56,571 nt of DNA from a virus (Duplodnaviria > Caudoviricetes): the IMG/VR virus record IMGVR_UViG_3300042914_004203, positions 1-56,571 of that record. The stretch is one strand, 5' to 3'. Below are positions 19,938 through 29,774 of the stretch, one piece after another. A program made the translations under genes and the position numbers. Numbering within the stretch: position 1 is the first letter of the stretch; each line of letters opens with the position of its first letter. The notes under the pieces were generated by a model. It searched no databases and was not told the origin of the DNA. It saw only the letters and a list, made by a program, of their open reading frames with translations.

Positions 19938-20372
19938 TTAGGATAGATTATGTTCTTTTTTGGTAGATTCTGGAATAGCAGCTACAAATTCTGGACCCTT
20001 ATTTTTTGCTTTTTGATATAATTTTTTAATAAAAGCATCATAAGTCATTTTTCCGTTCATTCTACCATAATTACTAATAGCATCTCTTACGTCCTGTGGG
20101 CTAACTATTGGAAAACTGCGAGTTTCTGGAAATAGAAAATCACTATCTTTTAGTTCACTTCTTTTTTGACCTTTATAGGTTTTTTGATATGCTTCTGTAT
20201 CACAAATATCTACTTCCATAGCTTTAACTTTTTGTTTCTTGCCTTTTCTGAAAGTAGTTAAACAAACCGCAACTCTTTGATCTTGACTTGTAAATTCTTC
20301 TTTAATTGCTGGCATACAGCGACCCATATAGTCGCTTTCTTTTTCTTTTTTCTTGACTTTTGGTATAGGCAT
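19938..20372 (-). CDS. Conserved phage protein
   Basis: PKxKKxEKESDYMGRC..QRVAVC module plus an RSELKDSDF..RSFPI..DVRDA module. Confidence 0.6.
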   Translation of the reverse strand: MPIPKVKKKEKESDYMGRCMPAIKEEFTSQDQRVAVCLTTFRKGKKQKVKAMEVDICDTEAYQKTYKGQKRSELKDSDFLFPETRSFPIVSPQDVRDAISNYGRMNGKMTYDAFIKKLYQKAKNKGPEFVAAIPESTKKEHNLS

Positions 20373-20484
20373 ATATAAGTATATACACGTAAAATAATTT
20401 AAAATGGAAACTGTGTCATTTTGTCAATATTATAAATATTAACATCAACCTCAATTCTTTACTCTCAGTGTAATAATATATACT

Positions 20485-20634
20485 ATGAATGAAAAATGCG
20501 AACATGAATATGTAGATGAGAATGGTAATGTTAAAAAATGCGGAAATAAACCAACGACTAAAGCATCTGATGACAAATATATTTGTTTTGATCACCTTGA
20601 AGAGCATTTAAATAATGACTTTAAATTAAATTAA
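20485..20634 (+). CDS. Small Cys/His protein (49 aa, not in the ORF track)
   Basis: MNEKCEH...KCG...CFDH; plus-strand GTGTAA at 20468-20473, 11 nt upstream. Confidence 0.5.
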   Translation: MNEKCEHEYVDENGNVKKCGNKPTTKASDDKYICFDHLEEHLNNDFKLN

Positions 20635-20781
20635 TGACTATTAGTTCAATATTAATCTGTGCCGCAGTTTTACTTTATATACTTTATTTAAAAGAAAGAA
20701 TTAAATAAAAAATCAGCTTTTAAAATCTATTATTTGACTCTTGTTATTCATATGCATTTATATTTTAAATTAATTTAAATA

Positions 20782-21573
20782 TTATAAACCTAAATTATAT
20801 TGATATTTCAAATACTTTATTTTATTGTGAATCTCTTCTCTTTGTTTGTTTTTTGCTCCCCAGAGATGGCAAAAGCCAAGGTGTTCAGCTTTGTCTCCAA
20901 AATCTTCCCAGCCATTGAGCATATATTTCACTTCTACATCATGTATATTTGCTAATAAACTCATGTAATATTGTTCTACTATACAAGCAGGTATGAAATT
21001 TTTATTAAAGAAAGAGTTCTTAAGAAATTCTTGATTATCTTTATCTATAGCTAATTTTAAAGCTTCCTCTGCGTAAAATTTAATAAATTCTATATTATAT
21101 CCACCAAAAATAGACATATTTGCTCCATAATGAATCTTATGTTTTTCTAGATAAAATGGATTAGGTATTCTTTTTGTAAAATCTTCAACTTCATAAAAAT
21201 CATAAGCATCTTCTTCTGAATGCTGAACGATTAAATCATTTAATATAATATCGTCTGGTAGTTCTTTAAATAAAAAAACATCATTATCTATATGAATAAA
21301 AGGCTCGTTTTTTTCTGCTATTAACTTATATGAGTAAATCTTTCCTAAAGACCATACAATTCTTAAATCTTTTGGTAATATCTCTAGTGAAGTATCAATT
21401 GATGAAAATGATTTTATCTTGCTTAATTTTTCTTTTCCTTTCAGATCTGTAATTAAATGTACTTCGCCATAAATATTCTTGAGTAAAAATGCTGAAAGAT
21501 GATACATATCAAAAACTAAAGGGTCATTATCTTCGTAGTAGCCATAGTTCCAAAAAGATAAATAAGGTTTCAT
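20782..21573 (-). CDS. DUF6734-like putative glycosyltransferase (paralogue 2 of 3)
   Basis: YLSFW, HLITD, WSLGKI, HIDND and NMSIFGG motifs. Confidence 0.6.
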   Translation of the reverse strand: MKPYLSFWNYGYYEDNDPLVFDMYHLSAFLLKNIYGEVHLITDLKGKEKLSKIKSFSSIDTSLEILPKDLRIVWSLGKIYSYKLIAEKNEPFIHIDNDVFLFKELPDDIILNDLIVQHSEEDAYDFYEVEDFTKRIPNPFYLEKHKIHYGANMSIFGGYNIEFIKFYAEEALKLAIDKDNQEFLKNSFFNKNFIPACIVEQYYMSLLANIHDVEVKYMLNGWEDFGDKAEHLGFCHLWGAKNKQREEIHNKIKYLKYQYNLGL

Positions 21574-22415
21574 AAACTATATTTTATATTTTGATTTACT
21601 AATCCTAAATCTTCTATTAAATTTTGTTCTTTATTTGCTTCGTAAAAAATATCCATATTTCGATAATTTTTATCATGAATACTTGTATATTTTTTTATTT
21701 TTAGATTTGGAGAAAAATTCGTAGGATATTTTGGTTTATAATTATTTACATCTTTTTTTTCCAGATTTTTTTTCCATTTCTCCTTAGATTGAAGACGATA
21801 ATGGTTAAGTCTGAACAGACATTCATTTGGATCTACAAAAAAGGGATTAAATTCTTTATAATCTGATTCATGCCAATGAACATTAAATTTTTTAATTTTT
21901 TCTATCTTTGAAAGAATTTTAGTTTGAGCATATTTATCTTTAAACTTAATGTATTTATCATCTATTAGTTGTCTTTTAGTAAAAGATTTTACTATACCTT
22001 CTGGTTGTTTTATGTGTCCGTTGCTACCAAAAAGAATCATTGGAATTTTATAATAAAATACATTTTCTTCTTCCATGAGATTTAACAAATTTTTAAAATT
22101 TATATCTTTTGGTGACCAAACATATTCATCAATGTCGCAGATCAGCAACCAATCTGTTTCTTTTTTTAGCGCAGAAAAGAAATGATTATAAATTTTTTCT
22201 TGTCTTCCATATTCATACTTAAATTCGTTAGAAATATTAAATAATGTTATATACTTTTTTTGTATATATGGCTCTATGATTTCTTTAAAATTGTCATTAC
22301 TATTATCATTTATAAGATAAAAATGATCTACATTACGATTAATATAGTGGTCTAACCATTCTTTCAAATATGGTGCTTCATTATAAAAAATTGCTCCTAC
22401 TGATAATTTTTGCAT
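21570..22415 (-). CDS. GT-A glycosyltransferase (GT2/GT92-like)
   Basis: FYNEAPYLKEWLDHY, NDNSND, DWLLICDIDEY and LNHY motifs. Confidence 0.8.
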   Translation of the reverse strand: MQKLSVGAIFYNEAPYLKEWLDHYINRNVDHFYLINDNSNDNFKEIIEPYIQKKYITLFNISNEFKYEYGRQEKIYNHFFSALKKETDWLLICDIDEYVWSPKDINFKNLLNLMEEENVFYYKIPMILFGSNGHIKQPEGIVKSFTKRQLIDDKYIKFKDKYAQTKILSKIEKIKKFNVHWHESDYKEFNPFFVDPNECLFRLNHYRLQSKEKWKKNLEKKDVNNYKPKYPTNFSPNLKIKKYTSIHDKNYRNMDIFYEANKEQNLIEDLGLVNQNIKYSL

Positions 22416-22976
22416 TTATATAATATCTCCTGCAATTTCTCCATGCCAATTTATTTTTTTATTTATTTTTATAAAATTTTCTTGCGCTAGTTCTAATTGA
22501 AATTTATCTTTTATAATTTTTAGAACGCCAATCTGATCATTAAATAAGTCCTCATATCGGACAATATAAGATTTGTCTGGATTTATATCTGTAAAGCTTT
22601 TATAAGAATTTACTCTATCATTATAAAATTCATCTATACTTTTATAAATTTCTGGTCCATGCGGAGTATTAAATATAAAACAATCTTTTTGATCTGACCA
22701 TTCCCAAGGCATCTCAAAAGATCCTTTATGTTTATTTAAATATGCTTTTTTCCAATTTTCTTTTTCTCTTACGCAAAATAAAAATAAAAATTCTTCTTTT
22801 GTTATTTCAGATATTTTATTATAATTTTCTATTGAATGAGGCTTTCCATGCTTCCATCCAAGGTAGTCATTGAAATCTTTCTTTAAGCATATAGAGATTT
22901 TAAAATTTAAAGGCACTAGTATTTGAGTAAGATTTGTGCCAGATCTTGGAAGACCAAATATTTTTATTTTTTTCAT
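22416..22976 (-). CDS. Sulfotransferase-like P-loop protein
   Basis: GLPRSGTN PAPS-binding loop, WKHG and VRYEDL. Confidence 0.7.
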   Translation of the reverse strand: MKKIKIFGLPRSGTNLTQILVPLNFKISICLKKDFNDYLGWKHGKPHSIENYNKISEITKEEFLFLFCVREKENWKKAYLNKHKGSFEMPWEWSDQKDCFIFNTPHGPEIYKSIDEFYNDRVNSYKSFTDINPDKSYIVRYEDLFNDQIGVLKIIKDKFQLELAQENFIKINKKINWHGEIAGDII

Positions 22977-23752
22977 AAATTTAATTTTTTTACTAGTTTT
23001 TCAACACGTATGCGATTTTGTTCTTTATTTTTACCAGTCATTAAATGAGTATATTTTTTTTCTCTGGCTATGTCTTCGGAAGGAAAACCATCAAAAATAA
23101 ATTCTATTTTTAAATTATTATTAAAAGCAAACGCAGATAGATATAATTGTTCAGCTATGCAAGCTCTATGCGAATTAAACTCGTCAAAGATAAAATTATT
23201 CCAAAAAAAACTATATTTTTTATTAAAAACAAAATCTAAAGCGCCATTTGCATAATCATTAATTGCTTTTAAATTATTTCCGCCAAAAACTCCTACATTA
23301 ATTGCGTCTAAATTTTTTGGGATTTTAGAGAAAAAATCGTCTTCTTTTAAAAAAGATTTAATCTCATTTGTTCTGTACCATGTATGAGAATCTTTTTCTA
23401 AATTTTGAGCAAATATAGGAGATTTTTTTAATTGTTCTTCTATCCCTTCCCATAAAATGCAATCATAATCTACGTGTATAAATGGATCTTTTCTTTCTGA
23501 AATAACTTTATATGCTAATAATTTACTAATAGACCAAATTGAAGAATAATTTGTATCTAAATTTTGTAAATCTAAAGAAACAGAGTCCCATGGGATATCT
23601 TTTAATGAAACTGCGCCATTTTCATCTGTTATTAAATGTACTTCACCAAAATTTTTTTTAAGATAATATGCAGATAGTTTATGAAGATTTATTGTAAATT
23701 GATCTGGAATTTTTCTGTAACCGCCAGACCAATAGCTCATATAGGGTTTCAT
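22973..23752 (-). CDS. DUF6734-like putative glycosyltransferase (paralogue 3 of 3)
   Basis: YMSYW, HLITD, WSISKL, HVDYD, NVGVFGG and YTHL motifs. Confidence 0.6.
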   Translation of the reverse strand: MKPYMSYWSGGYRKIPDQFTINLHKLSAYYLKKNFGEVHLITDENGAVSLKDIPWDSVSLDLQNLDTNYSSIWSISKLLAYKVISERKDPFIHVDYDCILWEGIEEQLKKSPIFAQNLEKDSHTWYRTNEIKSFLKEDDFFSKIPKNLDAINVGVFGGNNLKAINDYANGALDFVFNKKYSFFWNNFIFDEFNSHRACIAEQLYLSAFAFNNNLKIEFIFDGFPSEDIAREKKYTHLMTGKNKEQNRIRVEKLVKKLNL

Positions 23753-23756
23753 TTTT

Positions 23757-26700
23757 TTATGTATATGTTATATTTATATTAGGATTTATGCCGATTCTAC
23801 TTAATTCTGTGGAAAAAGCTTGAGGAAGAGTTATGCTAGTAAGTCCTGCATCAAGAAATGCAATATCTCCAATACTTGTTACAGAATTTGGGATAGTAAT
23901 ACTAGTCAAGCCGACGCAACTATTAAATGCACCGTTTCCAATACTTGTTACAGAATTTGGAATAGTAATACTAGTCAAGCCGTCGCAACTAAAGAAAGTA
24001 AGACTTTCAATGCTTGTTACAGAATTTGGTATAGTGATAGTAGTTAAGGCTGTGTCATAGAACGCACCAATTCCAATACTTGTTACAGAATTTGGAATAG
24101 TTACGCTAGTTAGCCTAATGCAACCATTAAAAGCATGGTATCCAATGCTTGTAACAGAATTTGGGATAGTAACACTAGTTAAATATCTGCAGAATAGGAA
24201 TGCTTGGTTTCCGATGCTAATTACAGAATTTGGTATAGTAACGCTAGTCATATTAAGCTTATTATAGAAAGCGGAATCGCCAATATTCTTAACAGGCAAT
24301 CCAGCAACTTGGTTTGGTATATTTACTGATGTTTCGTTTCCAGTATAAGCTGAGAGTGTCGCTCCACCATTTTCAAAGATAGCTGTATAGTTTGAGAGAG
24401 CATTAACAAGCGTTCCATTTTGGTTCAAACGAATAACGTTATCTGTTCCGATATGATATACTGAAAGATTTCCTTGAGTTAATCCAATTCTACTTAATTC
24501 TGTGGAAAAAGCTTGAGGAAGAACTACGCTAGTTAATCCTGCGCTAAGAAATGCAATATCTCCAATACTTGTTACAGAATTTGGGATAGTGATACTAGTT
24601 AAACCAGTGCAACCATAGAACGCACCATTTCCAATAGTTGTTACAGAATTTGGGATAGTAACACTAGTTAAGCCGCTGCAATCATAGAACGCAATGTCTC
24701 CAATACTTGTTACAGAATTTGGAATATTTATAGTAGTTAAACTAGTGCAACGAGCGAACGCAGCGTTTCCAATACTTGTTACAGAATTTGGTATAGTTAT
24801 ATTTGTCAAATCATAACAATATTCGAACGCACCGTTTCCAATACTTGTTATAGAATTTGGGAGAACTATACTAATTAAATTCTGGCAACCTCTGAATGCA
24901 TAGCTTTCAATGGTTGTTACAGAATTTGGTATAGTAATACTAGTAATATTCATTTTTTCCTTAAAAGCGTTTTCGCGAATTCTTTTTACAGGCAATCCTA
25001 AAATTTCGCTTGGTATAGTAAGCTGTGTTTCATTACCAAAATATGAAGTTATTGTAATTCCATTATTTTCTACTAATACGCCATAATCATTCACAGTTCC
25101 AGTACCATTTTGAGTTAATGTTGTTTTAACATTATTTATCCAATAAGCATTATTATACCAACCATTAGCTGTACCAAACATAACTATCCATTCTTCTACT
25201 GGAGTTGCTGTTAGTGAAAATTCTACAGGATTATTTTGAGCATCAAGCCATCCAGTTATTGGTAAATTATAACTATTATAATCGATTTGTTTGGTATAAA
25301 CATTTTCTCCCGCAGATTGAATGCTATTAAATTGTGGATCAATTATATATTTTTCTAAGGTTTTATTAATTAATAATATTGGTCCACTATGTCCTTGGTT
25401 AACGTATAGTATTATATTTTCATTCACTGTTTGAACACTTTTGATTGAATTTGTAATATCTAGAGGTCCAAATAATGGTCCAAGTAAAAACTCATCTAAT
25501 AAACTTTCTCCAATAGAGATTCCATATGATCCAGAGCCTGATCCAGAGCCTGATCCAGAGCCGTCTTCGCTTGGTATATATTTAATGCCGATACTATTTG
25601 CAATCAATCTCACATTTGATGCGACTTGTTCTTGGCCAATATTTACTCGAACAGCGAAAACTTGATAATTTTTTGTAACTGCGTAAATATTATTTGCAGA
25701 AAAATTATATGTTATATCATTTGCAGCAGTTACACTATAACTAGTAAAAGCTATTGTTTGTTGCTCGCCATTAGAATTTAAATCTAACCTTCCATAAAAT
25801 AGATTTGGTTGTCCTTCTTCTTGTGCAATAGATACGGCTATATCATATATCCCGCCATCTAAATTTTTAATAATAATTTTTTTAATATTATTTATTGTTA
25901 TATATATAAGAAGGTCTGCTGGCATTGTAATTTTCTTTAAAGATCCTCTAGAAGGATCTATAACATTTATAACTGGTAAATTGTTTATGTTTTCTACATA
26001 ACAAGCTATTGGGCCCTCTGCGAAAAATAAACCATTATGAACATTTTCAGCATACAAAACCCTTCTTGTCTCGTGTGTGATATCAATATCAAAATTTCCA
26101 TAGTGCCATTGATAATCATCTCCATTAGCTATCTTTGATCTAAAAACCTTACCATTACTAAATACTTCAAAGAAAGCATTAGTTTCTGTAGATGTATTAT
26201 CATTTAAAATTTTTAATGGATTTCTATTTATTGGAATTCCACGAGAAGTAATAATCCCTTGATTTTGATTTTTAATAAGATAAATATCATAATCTAATCC
26301 TGAGCCATAATTATTTGTAATACTTGCAACTGATATATTAGCAAAAAGAGAAGCTTGCTCAAGAGAATAAGATATCGCCGCGGCAGGAACTAGTCCGTCG
26401 TTATTTTTATAAAAAGATATAGCGCCAGCATAACCGATTCCGCCGCCTAATGATCTTGGTTTGTTATTAATTGCTACTACAAAATTATTTCTAGTAACAA
26501 ATAAATGACCAATATCTATTGCTCGTTTGCCTAAGTTTCTTCCGTAGTCGTTATAAATACTTTCTAATATTGATCCTAAGCCAGCATCATTATTATAAGA
26601 AACAGCAACTCTTCTTGTTGCGTCAATAGCGTTATTTAGTGATCCCATTCCTACTGCTAAAGTACCACTTCCAGAACCGCTTCCAGAACCACTTTCAGAA

Positions 26701-27326
26701 TTATTATTATCTATATTCTCTCTAAATAGTCTAATTTGTAATTCTATAGAAGTTGGATTTTGTAAATCTGCCCGATACCAATTTCTAGTAGGAACCGCTT
26801 CATTTTGAGTAGAATTATTATAATACATAATGTCATTTTCTGCATCATAAAGACACCAAATATCATTTCTTTTATATTGAATCCAATTTGTTCTAAATTG
26901 TGGTTGGCCAGCTCTAACTGAGGCAGCATAATACCCTCGACTATCACTTGTATTAGAAAAATTTGCCTCTAAAGAGAGAGATTCTGCAGCAGTAGAGCCT
27001 TTAAAAAGTACAAATTTTTTACCAAAATAATCACCTGTTAGATTATTTCCATATACGACAACCCAACCACCGTCAGTAAAACCCGCTACTGACCAATTAT
27101 TTTGTCCCAAATTAGTTGAAGAAGTGTCAAACCTAATTGAGCTATTAAAAGTAAAATAGTTTATCGCGAGGATTGGTAGTTCTATTGGGGCTATAGGACT
27201 AGTATTTCCTCCAATAATACTACGTATAATTTGTTTTTTTCTTCTAATTTCTTTAATAGGAATAGCGCTATTATTACTGCTTTTTGAAGAAACTTTTTTT
27301 ACAGAAATTGTTCCTCTGATTCTCAT
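23757..27326 (-). CDS. Large multidomain protein with two blocks of BspA-type leucine-rich repeats
   Basis: 23-aa repeats (LTSITIPNSVTSIGxxAFxxC), visible as 69-nt DNA repeats at about 23.8-24.95 kb; two (GS)n linkers. Confidence 0.85.
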   Translation of the reverse strand: MRIRGTISVKKVSSKSSNNSAIPIKEIRRKKQIIRSIIGGNTSPIAPIELPILAINYFTFNSSIRFDTSSTNLGQNNWSVAGFTDGGWVVVYGNNLTGDYFGKKFVLFKGSTAAESLSLEANFSNTSDSRGYYAASVRAGQPQFRTNWIQYKRNDIWCLYDAENDIMYYNNSTQNEAVPTRNWYRADLQNPTSIELQIRLFRENIDNNNSESGSGSGSGSGTLAVGMGSLNNAIDATRRVAVSYNNDAGLGSILESIYNDYGRNLGKRAIDIGHLFVTRNNFVVAINNKPRSLGGGIGYAGAISFYKNNDGLVPAAAISYSLEQASLFANISVASITNNYGSGLDYDIYLIKNQNQGIITSRGIPINRNPLKILNDNTSTETNAFFEVFSNGKVFRSKIANGDDYQWHYGNFDIDITHETRRVLYAENVHNGLFFAEGPIACYVENINNLPVINVIDPSRGSLKKITMPADLLIYITINNIKKIIIKNLDGGIYDIAVSIAQEEGQPNLFYGRLDLNSNGEQQTIAFTSYSVTAANDITYNFSANNIYAVTKNYQVFAVRVNIGQEQVASNVRLIANSIGIKYIPSEDGSGSGSGSGSGSYGISIGESLLDEFLLGPLFGPLDITNSIKSVQTVNENIILYVNQGHSGPILLINKTLEKYIIDPQFNSIQSAGENVYTKQIDYNSYNLPITGWLDAQNNPVEFSLTATPVEEWIVMFGTANGWYNNAYWINNVKTTLTQNGTGTVNDYGVLVENNGITITSYFGNETQLTIPSEILGLPVKRIRENAFKEKMNITSITIPNSVTTIESYAFRGCQNLISIVLPNSITSIGNGAFEYCYDLTNITIPNSVTSIGNAAFARCTSLTTINIPNSVTSIGDIAFYDCSGLTSVTIPNSVTTIGNGAFYGCTGLTSITIPNSVTSIGDIAFLSAGLTSVVLPQAFSTELSRIGLTQGNLSVYHIGTDNVIRLNQNGTLVNALSNYTAIFENGGATLSAYTGNETSVNIPNQVAGLPVKNIGDSAFYNKLNMTSVTIPNSVISIGNQAFLFCRYLTSVTIPNSVTSIGYHAFNGCIRLTSVTIPNSVTSIGIGAFYDTALTTITIPNSVTSIESLTFFSCDGLTSITIPNSVTSIGNGAFNSCVGLTSITIPNSVTSIGDIAFLDAGLTSITLPQAFSTELSRIGINPNINITYT
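25528..25562. repeat. 12-bp tandem repeat encoding a GSGS linker
   Basis: GATCCAGAGCCT x3 (last copy partial). Confidence 0.8.
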
Positions 27327-27342
27327 TAAAGGAAATTACACT

Positions 27343-27618
27343 TTATTTATCGAGATAATTTTTGATATCTTTAATTAATTGTTTCCTTTTTCTGCGTTCT
27401 AACATAGTTATAAAAAGAGCTAAAGAGATCGGAAAAAAGATCCTAAGAAAAAATCCCAAATGATGCTCTTTAGTAAGAAGATTAAAATGATTAAGGTAAA
27501 GATCGCTGAGTCCGTAAATTGTAAACAAAATAGCTGGAATAAAAACAATAAAAAAGAACTTCTCGTAATGTTCAAGATTATTCCACCAATCCTTTAGTTT
27601 TTTGATAGTATCCAACAT
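27343..27618 (-). CDS. Membrane protein
   Basis: Two hydrophobic segments. Confidence 0.55.
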   Translation of the reverse strand: MLDTIKKLKDWWNNLEHYEKFFFIVFIPAILFTIYGLSDLYLNHFNLLTKEHHLGFFLRIFFPISLALFITMLERRKRKQLIKDIKNYLDK

Positions 27619-27779
27619 ACAAAGAAGATTACAGCCAAGACAGAGAACCAGAGAATGTTTCTTTTAATATTTTGTCTTTTATGGTACTTCCAAAATTCAG
27701 CTATAAATTGCTCTGTATTATTACAAGATGGCGCTATTAATTTGACATCTCTTATTAATTTATTTATTCTCTTATCCAT
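27594..27779 (-). CDS. Small membrane protein
   Basis: C-terminal hydrophobic segment; overlaps both neighbours. Confidence 0.5.
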   Translation of the reverse strand: MDKRINKLIRDVKLIAPSCNNTEQFIAEFWKYHKRQNIKRNILWFSVLAVIFFVCWILSKN

Positions 27780-28294
27780 GCTTTAGTTCTTTCTGCATCA
27801 TCATCTATTAATATGCTATTGAAAACTATAGCTTTATATTTTTCTTCTATCCATTTGGTGATTCTTATTTGATACTCTGCTCTATTACCCGCAAGACCAA
27901 CTGGCATTGTGCCATAATTACTATCATAAACCCAAAGCATACCTTTATGTTCAAAAACGCAAATTGCATGTCCTCTATGCTGAGGTATAGATACTTTATA
28001 CTCTATTAAAGTCTTATCAAAAATAACTGAAACATTATTTAATTCATCTGTATAATGAAATTGAAAAGCAAAAATTTGAGCCCATGTATTTTCTTGAGAT
28101 AATAGATAGTTAGCGTTAGAAGCAAAGACCACAGAATCAACAAAACAAGAATTAGGCAATTTTGATATGCTATGATTTTTTGCTAAATTAAATCCTATAT
28201 TAAGAGAATAATAAGCTATTGCCCCATTTATTAAAAGCACTAATGTTAATTTGCTTTTCCATCCAAACCAAGCAAAGAATCTTTTAATATTCAC
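27764..28294 (-). CDS. Membrane-anchored protein with a papain/transglutaminase-like Cys-His-Asp triad
   Basis: NSCF ... GHAICV ... VYDSN spacing; N-terminal hydrophobic segment. Confidence 0.5.
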   Translation of the reverse strand: MNIKRFFAWFGWKSKLTLVLLINGAIAYYSLNIGFNLAKNHSISKLPNSCFVDSVVFASNANYLLSQENTWAQIFAFQFHYTDELNNVSVIFDKTLIEYKVSIPQHRGHAICVFEHKGMLWVYDSNYGTMPVGLAGNRAEYQIRITKWIEEKYKAIVFNSILIDDDAERTKAWIRE

Positions 28295-28332
28295 CTTCTC
28301 CTATAGATTACACACAGGAGATTATGTTCAAT

Positions 28333-29484
28333 TTATTTTTTATTTCTATAATCTTGAAGACAAGATTGAAATTTAGCTTTATCGTCGCCTTGCTTTGTTG
28401 GAATACATTGTTTTAAGAAATCATTAAATTTTTGACCTTCAGTTACCATCATGCCTTTGTACTCTTCATCATCTTCCATATTATATTTCTCTTCTTTTTC
28501 ATCGTCTTCCTTATCGCTTTCGTCTTCTATTTCGTCTTCTGAAGCTTTACTTTTACAATGTTGTTTTTGACTAAAACCTTTTGGATTGTTACAATCTATA
28601 CTTCTTTTATATTTCATGCTCCATTTGGCTTCTATTTTTTCTAATTGAATTTCTGTTTTGCCTAAAATATCACCTTTTTTCCAAGTCATTCCTTCGTTTG
28701 TGCATTCATAAACTATTGCATATCCTATGTCTTCTAGAATTCCTTGAGATTGACCCTCGACGCGAATACCAAGATCTAAAATTTCTTTAACTACTCCTTC
28801 GCTGCCATAGTGCTTGCAACTAGGATTAATATTTTTTACTTTGTCGCCAACTTTAAACATTGTAGAGGCTTCCGATTCTTCCATTTCATTCTCTTCCATC
28901 TCCTCATCTTCTTTATTAAACATTACATAATTATGAATAGTAATCATGTAATCTTCAGCAAGAATTGCCATTTGTTGTAAAAATGGTTCAGTAAGATTTT
29001 CTTTTACCATTGGGTCATTTAGTTTTTCTATTACATTTTTTGAATGTTGATATATAGAATTAATTGAACCGACTATCATTCCATAGAAATCTTCTTTATA
29101 ATCTTCAAATTCATCTTCAACGTCTTCCATTTCTTCAACTTGAGCTAAAGTTTCATCCATTTTTAATAATTCAGCTTGATCAAATTCTGTTTCGCCATCC
29201 CATTCATATTCTTCATTTAGATAGTCGGCAGCTTGAGCTTTTTTAAGAGCTTCTTGACTTGGGCGATCAGGAGATCCAGGTTTTGCTGGTTTATAATTTT
29301 TGCCCATTCTTTTTTTCTTTTGTTGAATGTTATACCAAAGTCCTTTGTTTTTGGCTTGAATATCTACTTCTAATAATGATTTATTTTCTCCATTTTCTGC
29401 TGATCCACATCCTGGTTTACCGCAAGAACCTTTTGTATATTCTATTTCAAGAGATTTTTTATTTTGCATATAATTAGGCTTCAA
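28333..29484 (-). CDS. Acidic mosaic phage protein
   Basis: GLWYNIQQKKKR, FKVGDKV (SH3/KOW-like) and KWSMKYKRSIDCNNPKGFSQKQHC modules separated by acidic linkers. Confidence 0.65.
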   Translation of the reverse strand: MKPNYMQNKKSLEIEYTKGSCGKPGCGSAENGENKSLLEVDIQAKNKGLWYNIQQKKKRMGKNYKPAKPGSPDRPSQEALKKAQAADYLNEEYEWDGETEFDQAELLKMDETLAQVEEMEDVEDEFEDYKEDFYGMIVGSINSIYQHSKNVIEKLNDPMVKENLTEPFLQQMAILAEDYMITIHNYVMFNKEDEEMEENEMEESEASTMFKVGDKVKNINPSCKHYGSEGVVKEILDLGIRVEGQSQGILEDIGYAIVYECTNEGMTWKKGDILGKTEIQLEKIEAKWSMKYKRSIDCNNPKGFSQKQHCKSKASEDEIEDESDKEDDEKEEKYNMEDDEEYKGMMVTEGQKFNDFLKQCIPTKQGDDKAKFQSCLQDYRNKK

Positions 29485-29773
29485 CTTTTTTACTTGGATG
29501 CCATGACCATTGGCAGCTCCAATATCGCGCGCGATATTTTGGCCCAGGATTATCGCAATTATGTCTAGCCCTAAAAGACTTTCTTCTGGCTGGATCTGAT
29601 CTTTTTATAGATAAGTTTGGGTCACCGAACTTAACCATTACAATATTACCTTTATCATTCTTTACATAAACACCAAATTTTTTCTTGCTTCCTTTAGGAA
29701 GACGGAATGGTTTATTAAGTGGAGCTTTACCCTTCTTTGCTGCTTTTAATTGTTCTGTAAAATCTATTTCCAT
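29474..29773 (-). CDS. Conserved basic phage protein
   Basis: KKFGVYVK..VKFGDP..RRKSFRARHNC..YWSC motif recognised from large phages. Confidence 0.65.
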   Translation of the reverse strand: MEIDFTEQLKAAKKGKAPLNKPFRLPKGSKKKFGVYVKNDKGNIVMVKFGDPNLSIKRSDPARRKSFRARHNCDNPGPKYRARYWSCQWSWHPSKKVEA

Positions 29774-29774
29774 A

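Noticed and set aside
23790-24950. Near-identical LRR segments as a diversity-generating retroelement template/variable pair
   Set aside because: Both copies are in-frame parts of one ORF, differences are not limited to adenines, and no reverse transcriptase is in the window.
384-29477. Short antisense or alternate-frame ORFs in the track (for example 384, 870, 1452, 2307, 2717, 2999, 3929, 6687, 13300, 17632, 20416, 23820, 23833, 25441, 28581, 29064, 29259)
   Set aside because: They overlap well-supported genes and read as shadows of biased or repetitive coding sequence.
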